A DNA stretch of 47,556 nucleotides from a virus (taxonomy: Duplodnaviria > Caudoviricetes): the IMG/VR virus record IMGVR_UViG_3300038393_001298, positions 1 through 47,556 of that record; one strand, 5' to 3'. The notes under the pieces are model-generated. The model ran no database searches. It was not told the DNA's origin and saw only the letters and a list, made by a program, of their open reading frames with translations. The position numbers and the translations under genes are program-made. Every line of letters begins with the position of its first letter. The first letter of the stretch is position 1. Below, piece by piece: positions 41,155 through 47,556 of the stretch.

Positions 41155-43601
41155 CCTCCCACCGCCACGTCAGTCATCACGGCGAGGACCGTCATCGGCA
41201 AGGGATCGAACTGGCGCACACAGACACGGCCGCCCTTGTCCCACGCCCAGCCAACTTCAAAGTCGATGTCACCGGTATAGAGGCGGATGGCTTCGTTCCA
41301 CGCCTCGGTGGAGCGCTGCTTGAACTCTACCAGCTTGTCGGGCTCATTCCTGCTATCGGTGAGGAAGGGCCCGACGAACACGCCTCGGGTCTTCTCCACA
41401 CGTAGCACCACTTTGCTGATTTGCTTATACCGGCTCTGCACGGAGCCCTTATCCCGGGTCATGCCGATATCCATGTTCATCGTTTCCATGGTGGCGACAT
41501 AGGGCAGGCCGATATGGCACTTCGTCGTGGCATTGGGCAAAGTCAGTTCGCCGGCCGGGCTAACCGTGAGGCCGCGCACCACGTTGCCGTTTGCCAGGGC
41601 GACAACGGGCATGTTCGCGATATGATCGAGACCAGTGATTACGGTTGCCGCGGGCCCCTCATAGGTCAGGCCGCAATCGACAAAGAACGCATCCTCCGCC
41701 ACTTGGAAATCACGGGAATGAAGGCGCTCGACATAGCGCTTCTGCACGCCGTCGATGGTGCGCCTCACGATGAAGTACGGGACGTCCTCCCCCCCTTCGC
41801 CGATCACGGACACGTGTTCGAAGAAGTCATTTTCCCCCGTCTTGTGCCGCGTCCAGCCCCAGACGTCTTGCTCTTTCATGTAGGTGAGCGAGACAAGCGA
41901 ACCATCGTCGAGAACGACCCACGCCATGGAGTACGGAGCCTGGGCAAACGCCCACGCCTTCACCTCTCGATATTCGAATAGGTGCCTGGCCAGGATAGTG
42001 AGATCCTTGCCCACGAAAGCATCGTCGGCAAACTGATAGGAGAAGTCTCGAATGATGCCGCCGCGCTGCTGCGCGAACAGCACCACGTTGCCCACAACAA
42101 TCGGCTGAACCTGCGAGGCGCCGCGGTATCCCTGGTTGTCGATCTTGATCGAGGAAGGCGTGATCGAGTCGGACTGAGAGCCGCCAGAGACAAGCCATTC
42201 TGATCCTGATGTCAGCAGCATCAAGCCGCGCACCGCGATCATAGATCGGATCTGGTTGAGCTTTTGCGACCTGATGCGAAACGTTACCGCGTCGCTGGGC
42301 TTTGCTGGCGAGGATACGCCGAAATTCTCATAGTTGGAGGTCTGCGATAGCCAGACCCCTTGAGGTTCCTTTTTGCTGGACGCGAAGGCAAGGCGCTGCT
42401 CCACGAACGCGCAGCACCTTGGATACTTGTCGACGGCGTCGAATGGATTTTTGCCAGTCTTAGGCCCGTCGCTAGTATCAGCGGTAATATTGTCATCAGT
42501 GAACGTGGTTGTTTCAGTTCGCCCGATATATCCATATTGGCCATTGTCCAGCTTGTAGACGATATATGCGTCGGCTCCAACAACAGCAGTCCACGTCAAT
42601 TGATTGGTGTTGCCTTGGATGGTCAGTTCATTGCGTGCAGTGACCGCCGATGACGGCAAGCTTTCCTCTCCAGTGGCCTCGCTGACTGCAGAAACTTTGT
42701 AGCTAATCTCCTGGCCGAAAACGTTGAGCAATGTCGGTGCGGCTGGCGTGGGAGGCGCTCCGGGATCGCCGGCCCCCGGAGCGGTGCCATCGCCAGACCA
42801 TGCCCCCGGCCCAACTGGAAAATCATAGAATAGGTCAGATGTAGAGCCGATAAACCCACCTGTCGGGCCGCCTGATAGGGTATTCATCCACACATTGTAG
42901 TATGCAGCGCCGGGTACAGCCGCCCATTCGCCACGCAAATGCGTTCCGTCGAAAACCTCATACATCCATCTGACTTGCGCGCTTGAGGCCGACCCGGCGC
43001 TTTCCGCTCCACCGGGGCCGACAGCACTAATGCGTATCTGATAGTTGTAGGAGGCGCCGTTGCGGCGCTTGAAGTGAGCAAAGACCGCGAGCCCGGTCGG
43101 CGTAGCGATGCCCGCCGCAAGCGTCAGGGGGGCGATTGTCCAATTGTTCTCCCCCAGGCGGGAGAGTTTCTGGGGCGGATAGGCCTCATGCGTCAGGTAC
43201 ATGACGTCATATTCTTGGACGAAGACGATATCGCTCACGTCCGCAGCGGCATATGGTGTCACCAGCTCATAGATGGGACCGGCAGGAGCGGTGAGCACGA
43301 GCTCTCCATCCTTCCAGACCCGCATATAGTGGTCACCGAATTCAAGCTGATATTCCTGCCCGACGTTGGCGGACCCCTGACCAAACTGGAACGGGATGAG
43401 CGTGCTCGCTTTGGTGCTGTCCTTCGTCTCGCCACAGAACTCCAGGCCGGCCCGGTTTGACGCGCCGCCATGCGGATGGATGAAGAGGTTGATAGCCGTC
43501 TTCATGCCCGTCGGATATTTAGACAGGTCGACGCGCGCACCGAGCGCGGGAGAGAATTCGCCACCTGTGAATGACGTCTGGATAAGGCGCGGTAGCATCA
43601 A
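41151..43601 (-). CDS. Tail tubular protein B (nozzle)
   Basis: Q.SFTGGEFSP.L..RVD, GG..NR.G, F.EQRL.F, W.WTRH, PLPMTVLA motifs. Confidence 0.9.
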   Translation of the reverse strand: MMLPRLIQTSFTGGEFSPALGARVDLSKYPTGMKTAINLFIHPHGGASNRAGLEFCGETKDSTKASTLIPFQFGQGSANVGQEYQLEFGDHYMRVWKDGELVLTAPAGPIYELVTPYAAADVSDIVFVQEYDVMYLTHEAYPPQKLSRLGENNWTIAPLTLAAGIATPTGLAVFAHFKRRNGASYNYQIRISAVGPGGAESAGSASSAQVRWMYEVFDGTHLRGEWAAVPGAAYYNVWMNTLSGGPTGGFIGSTSDLFYDFPVGPGAWSGDGTAPGAGDPGAPPTPAAPTLLNVFGQEISYKVSAVSEATGEESLPSSAVTARNELTIQGNTNQLTWTAVVGADAYIVYKLDNGQYGYIGRTETTTFTDDNITADTSDGPKTGKNPFDAVDKYPRCCAFVEQRLAFASSKKEPQGVWLSQTSNYENFGVSSPAKPSDAVTFRIRSQKLNQIRSMIAVRGLMLLTSGSEWLVSGGSQSDSITPSSIKIDNQGYRGASQVQPIVVGNVVLFAQQRGGIIRDFSYQFADDAFVGKDLTILARHLFEYREVKAWAFAQAPYSMAWVVLDDGSLVSLTYMKEQDVWGWTRHKTGENDFFEHVSVIGEGGEDVPYFIVRRTIDGVQKRYVERLHSRDFQVAEDAFFVDCGLTYEGPAATVITGLDHIANMPVVALANGNVVRGLTVSPAGELTLPNATTKCHIGLPYVATMETMNMDIGMTRDKGSVQSRYKQISKVVLRVEKTRGVFVGPFLTDSRNEPDKLVEFKQRSTEAWNEAIRLYTGDIDFEVGWAWDKGGRVCVRQFDPLPMTVLAVMTDVAVGG

Positions 43602-44218
43602 TCCCTCTCGGCGTAGCTGCTAACCCTGACGTAGCTGGTCGGCACATGGTTGGCGTGCGTCGAGGCAGCGAGCCGGATGGCCTGCTGTGCCATCTGGACA
43701 GCCGTCGAAAGCATTTTGGGGTCGGCTGTCAGGGCAATCGCCATGCGGGCGCTGAGCGCCCACGACAGGGCATCTATGAAGAGCGGCGTGAACTTCGTGG
43801 GGTCAGTGACCTTGCGGATGAACTTCGCATAGGCCGGCGAGAGGTTGCAGAATACCACGCCGTCCTCAACCTCAAATGCCCGAGGCTTCGGGGCCTCCTT
43901 GGCTAGATCCTCAAAATCGACATATGCACTCGCATCCCAGGTATCGGTTTGATCCGGCACGACATCCCACAGCCGGATTGCCTCATTTGGCAAAGCATAG
44001 GCATACCGCCATTTGTCGGGCATGGTGTTGGTCACCTGCCCCATGGCCTGGGTCTTGCGAGCGAAACGCCAAGGAAAGGCCTCAAGGGTGGATCCGACAC
44101 AAATATCGTACCACTTCTTACAGGCCCGAGCGCCGTTGCTGGCCTCGCTCAAGGAGCTGATATCTTCCTTGCCGAGGTTGCCAAGGGCCAGATTGCAGAT
44201 CTCAATGACGCTGGGCAT
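43598..44218 (-). CDS. Tail tubular protein A (adaptor)
   Basis: IEICNLAL..LG, FPWRFA, Y.Y.LP, F.PLF.DAL motifs. Confidence 0.85.
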   Translation of the reverse strand: MPSVIEICNLALGNLGKEDISSLSEASNGARACKKWYDICVGSTLEAFPWRFARKTQAMGQVTNTMPDKWRYAYALPNEAIRLWDVVPDQTDTWDASAYVDFEDLAKEAPKPRAFEVEDGVVFCNLSPAYAKFIRKVTDPTKFTPLFIDALSWALSARMAIALTADPKMLSTAVQMAQQAIRLAASTHANHVPTSYVRVSSYAERD

Positions 44219-44488
44219 TTACTTCCCCTCGTCGGGAAACATTGTCTTGCCAGCGTCGCGGGAGAACTCGGCTTCATGCACCTCAATGCACACCCGGTTC
44301 TTGCCGTCCTTGCTCTGGCTGATCGACGACACGATGCCCTTGGCGGCGAACGAAATCTCGTCGCCCACCTTGGCCCGATCGAGGCCAGCCTTGTCGACCT
44401 GATCCCCGGCCAGATCAATGCTCGGATACCAAACGTCCGACGGCTCCGGGGGCTTGTACTCTTCCGACCATTTCTGACCCAGCTTCAT
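44219..44488 (-). CDS. Capsid staple-like protein (epsilon15 gp10-like)
   Basis: WYPSIDL..K.GL..VGDEI...A...V.SIS..V.IEV pattern; GAGG SD before MKLGQK. Confidence 0.55.
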   Translation of the reverse strand: MKLGQKWSEEYKPPEPSDVWYPSIDLAGDQVDKAGLDRAKVGDEISFAAKGIVSSISQSKDGKNRVCIEVHEAEFSRDAGKTMFPDEGK

Positions 44489-44527
44489 GATGCTCGCCTC
44501 TCGGTTCAACGCGGTGCCTCGGAACGG

Positions 44528-44562
44528 AAAAGGGGGCAGCCCGACACCCGGCCACCCCCTTC
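44528..44562 (-). terminator. Terminator after the capsid gene block
   Basis: Minus AAGGGGGTGGCC..GGCTGCCCCCTT followed by TT. Confidence 0.55.
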
Positions 44563-44592
44563 CACACTCAAACACGCAGCAGTGACGGGATG

Positions 44593-45078
44593 CTACGCGG
44601 AGCGCTTCCCAGCGCGGCCAGCCCTGTTCGCCACGTCCTGTGCGACGCTTTCGGCAGAGGAGCCGCTCTTGTGCGGGTCAACCCAGTCATCCCGGTCGGC
44701 GCCGGTCTGCTCATTGATGTTGTCGGCTTCCGATTTCTTGGCCTCCTTCGACGCCTTGCCCTTCGGAGCCTTGTCCTTACCGTCGTCGTCCTCGCCAAGA
44801 TGCGCGGCGATCACAAGATCGGCGTCGCTCTCGCTGACGAACTCGGTGCCGCTAATGGATTTGGCCAGGCCGATGCGAGCCTTCCCGGAGAGCTTGCGCC
44901 AGTTCTTGGGCACACGAACTTGTGCGTCCTTGTGGTCATCGCTGCCGACTTTCTGCGCCCAGCTCGGACGCCTCTTGCCGTCGGCGGCGTGCCACTCATC
45001 ATCATCAAACTCAAAATCCTCACCGGGGTTGATGATCCGTCCCCCGTAATACCCCGTCTGCGTAGCGACCAATTTCAT
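44593..45078 (-). CDS. Hypothetical head-module protein
   Basis: 161 aa; MK..A...GYY.G....GE.F..P.W pattern; GAGGA SD. Confidence 0.8.
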   Translation of the reverse strand: MKLVATQTGYYGGRIINPGEDFEFDDDEWHAADGKRRPSWAQKVGSDDHKDAQVRVPKNWRKLSGKARIGLAKSISGTEFVSESDADLVIAAHLGEDDDGKDKAPKGKASKEAKKSEADNINEQTGADRDDWVDPHKSGSSAESVAQDVANRAGRAGKRSA

Positions 45079-45131
45079 GGTGTGTCTTCCTCGTGTGGTG
45101 GGGAGGCCTCGCGCCTCCCCCTGATCAGCCC

Positions 45132-45578
45132 TTACGGATAGGGCGCGTCCTGATCCCCCATGACGATGCCGGCGAAGACCTGTCCTGCCGTCATCGGGCC
45201 GGTTCCCACGGTGTAGTTCACACGCAGGTACCGTTCGTCAGTGCCCTTGGGGATGTAGTTCAGCGAGAACCTGGCGCCGGGCTTGAGATCGGCCAGGGCG
45301 AGGTTTGAACCATAGGTCGCCACGGTCTTGGGCGTGGTGAATGCTGCGTTGTCATCGACCTGCAGGGCGACCTGCATGGTTGCGGCGCCGGCTGCCGTGA
45401 ACTGCTGCACCACCTGCACGACGATCGGAATGGGAGTGCCCATGCCGATATCGCGGCGCAGAGGGCCACTCGCAAACTTCACCGTGCCGAGCGGGCCGAG
45501 GTCGATGACATTGGTGGACGGGGCCGTCACAGTGATGGCCTGCCGATCCGAAAGGAGAGTTGTGTTATCGAAGATCAT
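45132..45578 (-). CDS. Capsid cement protein (Bbp16-like)
   Basis: MIFD..L.SD.QAIT..STNVIDLG..RYLRVNYTV..AG. Confidence 0.88.
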   Translation of the reverse strand: MIFDNTTLLSDRQAITVTAPSTNVIDLGPLGTVKFASGPLRRDIGMGTPIPIVVQVVQQFTAAGAATMQVALQVDDNAAFTTPKTVATYGSNLALADLKPGARFSLNYIPKGTDERYLRVNYTVGTGPMTAGQVFAGIVMGDQDAPYP

Positions 45579-45621
45579 CTGTTCGGTTCCTGTTGACTAG
45601 GCCACCACCAGCGTTCCGCCC

Positions 45622-46635
45622 TTAGGCGTAGAGCGGAACGGTTGCCTCGGTTTGCAGAAGTTCATCGCTCTCGCGGATCGGGAACCCGCGATAGGTCAGC
45701 ACTTCCTTGCCCTCGACCTGGGCGTGCGTGAGGTTGGCGTAGTTCTGGTTGGCGGCGAGCAGCGCGCGGTCGCTCGACTGCGCGTCCAGGACCTCCAGAA
45801 TGTCCTTGCTCATATAGATCGCGATGCGGCTGGAGATCTGGTTGCGGCGCCGCGACTGGAGCTTGTAGTAGCCCTTGCGCAGGAGCGCCCAGAGATCGAC
45901 CGTTCCAGCGAGAACGTCGGACATGTCGATATTGGCGATGCGCGCATTGTAGCGCCAATCCTTCACAGTCAGGCCGATATGCCAGGTGTAAAGGGCTTCC
46001 TTCACAAAGTAGGGGTTGCCATTCGCGTCAAGAACGCGCTGCTCGCCCTTGTCCTTCATGGTGATGCCGGCCTTGGTACCTTCCGGATAAAGCAGGCTGG
46101 TGGCATGGTCGCCCCAGGTGACGAACCAGATGGACGTATTGTCATTGCCGCGGCCTCCGCCGTCGACCACCTGCGTCCCGGAGCCCGGGCCACCGATGAC
46201 ATTGTAGCGCGGGGAAAGGCCGGTGAATTTGTCCGGATCCGTAGCGACATCGGCATAGAAGATGGCCTGCGCCATATCCTGATTCATGCGCTCGAAGTAC
46301 GGCGTACTCTCCGTCAAGCGCGTGCGGGCCGGGTCGCTCGACAGTTCGAGCAGTCGCTGGTCGACGGACGACATGGCCTCGAGGAAGCCGGTCGCGTCAT
46401 CCACCTGCTGAATGGTGGACTTGGACTGCGGAACGCCCTTGTAGAGGCGGCCCCAGGTCGCGGACGGCAGGCCAGTGCGCACCGAGTGGCGATGCTTCGC
46501 CCCCATATTGCACTGCTGTGCCATTGCGTCGTCCAGCACAGGATTCTGTTGGGCCAGCACCTCCGCGACAACACCGGCACTATCGCCTTTGTACTTGTCG
46601 ATCAGGTTGGGCCAAGTGCTGCCGATAGTCGCCAT
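45622..46635 (-). CDS. Major capsid protein (Bbp17/epsilon15 gp7-like)
   Basis: RTGLPS.TW..LY.GV, F.GLSPRY, TSIWFV.WG, DWRY..RIANID, YRG.PIR..D. Confidence 0.93.
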   Translation of the reverse strand: MATIGSTWPNLIDKYKGDSAGVVAEVLAQQNPVLDDAMAQQCNMGAKHRHSVRTGLPSATWGRLYKGVPQSKSTIQQVDDATGFLEAMSSVDQRLLELSSDPARTRLTESTPYFERMNQDMAQAIFYADVATDPDKFTGLSPRYNVIGGPGSGTQVVDGGGRGNDNTSIWFVTWGDHATSLLYPEGTKAGITMKDKGEQRVLDANGNPYFVKEALYTWHIGLTVKDWRYNARIANIDMSDVLAGTVDLWALLRKGYYKLQSRRRNQISSRIAIYMSKDILEVLDAQSSDRALLAANQNYANLTHAQVEGKEVLTYRGFPIRESDELLQTEATVPLYA

Positions 46636-46640
46636 TGCAT

Positions 46641-47474
46641 TTACCTCCGTGGCGCATCCTGTGGGAACATAGCGTGAGCAGGTTCAACCGGACGGTCATC
46701 GCCGCTTCCGCTATTTGCCGGGGGCTGATCCTCTTGGAACTGCTCACCGACCCAGCGCATGAAGCGTATTACCTCCGGATGGTTACCCCCTCCGCTGCTG
46801 TTCATGTACTTTTTGAATTCTTTCGCGCCTTCGGGGTTGACGTCGGCGTATCTGTTCACCGCGTCATGCGCGAGGGTGATCGTCCCGTCCCATTTGTCGC
46901 CGCCGATCTTGGGATCCTTCTTGGCGGTGTCCTGCCACCCCTCGATCGTGTCGTTCCAGTTCTTGTACATGGCCTCCGTCTGCGCCTTGGACTTGTCGGC
47001 GAAGACATCAGCCAGTTCTTGGAACGCACGGTTCGTGATCTTGTGCTTGGCCAGGACAGGCGACAGTCCGTCCAGCATGTCCTTGTTCAGTTCGAACCCT
47101 TCGGGCAGCTTCGGATTGTATTTGCCATCCTCCGGCACGCTATCCAGGCGCTTTTCCTCTTCGGACTTTTCCTGAGGCTTGCCCTTGTCGTGCTCCAGCT
47201 TGGCCGCAGCATTCTCCTCGTCCGACTTGTTCGGATCGGGCTCGTACTCCTTCCAGTCGCCGGCCGGCTTTCCCCCCTCCGGCTTCTGCTCGTTCTGGCC
47301 TTCGGGAGCCTTGTCGCCATCCTTGCGCAGATCGCCGTTCTCATCGAACAGCAAGGTAGCGCGCTGTCCGTCGTCGCGCTGTTCGGTCGGCTGCTGGTCA
47401 GAGCCTCCACCTTGCTCGCCCTCAGGAGCGCGCAACAGGCCGTCGGCCAGGAGCTTCATAGCGTGAATGGTCAT
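46641..47474 (-). CDS. Scaffolding protein
   Basis: Acidic 277 aa upstream of capsid; D..IGG, G.GNHPEVIR motifs. Confidence 0.8.
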   Translation of the reverse strand: MTIHAMKLLADGLLRAPEGEQGGGSDQQPTEQRDDGQRATLLFDENGDLRKDGDKAPEGQNEQKPEGGKPAGDWKEYEPDPNKSDEENAAAKLEHDKGKPQEKSEEEKRLDSVPEDGKYNPKLPEGFELNKDMLDGLSPVLAKHKITNRAFQELADVFADKSKAQTEAMYKNWNDTIEGWQDTAKKDPKIGGDKWDGTITLAHDAVNRYADVNPEGAKEFKKYMNSSGGGNHPEVIRFMRWVGEQFQEDQPPANSGSGDDRPVEPAHAMFPQDAPRR

Positions 47475-47556
47475 GGTGTCAGTCTCCGTCTTGATTGCGC
47501 GCCTTGTCGGCCTGCGCGCGGGCCTCGGCGTCGTCCGACGCCCTGATGTTGGCCAT
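47430..47556. repeat. Terminal direct repeat copy (equals 1-127)
   Basis: Exact match to window start. Confidence 0.95.

Overview
The window is a complete, circularly assembled temperate podovirus genome of about 47.4 kb. Positions 1-127 are identical to 47430-47556, which is most likely a k=127 assembly overlap. The virion module resembles BPP-1/epsilon15 podoviruses: portal, scaffold, major capsid, cement and staple proteins, tail tube adaptor and nozzle, ejection proteins, and a tailspike with an acetylesterase domain. The control region is lambdoid (cro/cI with operators and pR/pL promoters), replication uses a DUF1376 initiator plus a primase-helicase, and there is a P22 immI-like arc/mnt/antirepressor module. 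A tyrosine integrase sits next to an intact attP matching the 3' half of tRNA-Gln(UUG), so the assembled form is excised. The host is inferred to be an alphaproteobacterium (Hyphomicrobiales) from a GTTC-N7-GTTC LexA box, a GGAAC-N16-CGTT EcfG promoter and a DUF982 gene. The most unusual feature is an ncRNA cluster in the late leader (about 5860-6230). It contains an atypical initiator-like tRNA-Met followed 4 nt later by a 135-nt tRNA-shaped RNA whose anticodon loop is replaced by a branched insert of about 44 nt. Other notable points are a general-stress-sigma-driven DUF982 gene pointing antisense into the xis-int operon, a LexA-controlled two-gene cassette next to cI, a split primase zinc domain, a sar-like antisense RNA with a CopA-type CGCCAA loop, and a Rap1a/M48 periplasmic moron pair among the ejection genes. 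All family assignments come from motif recognition by eye; no database searches were run.
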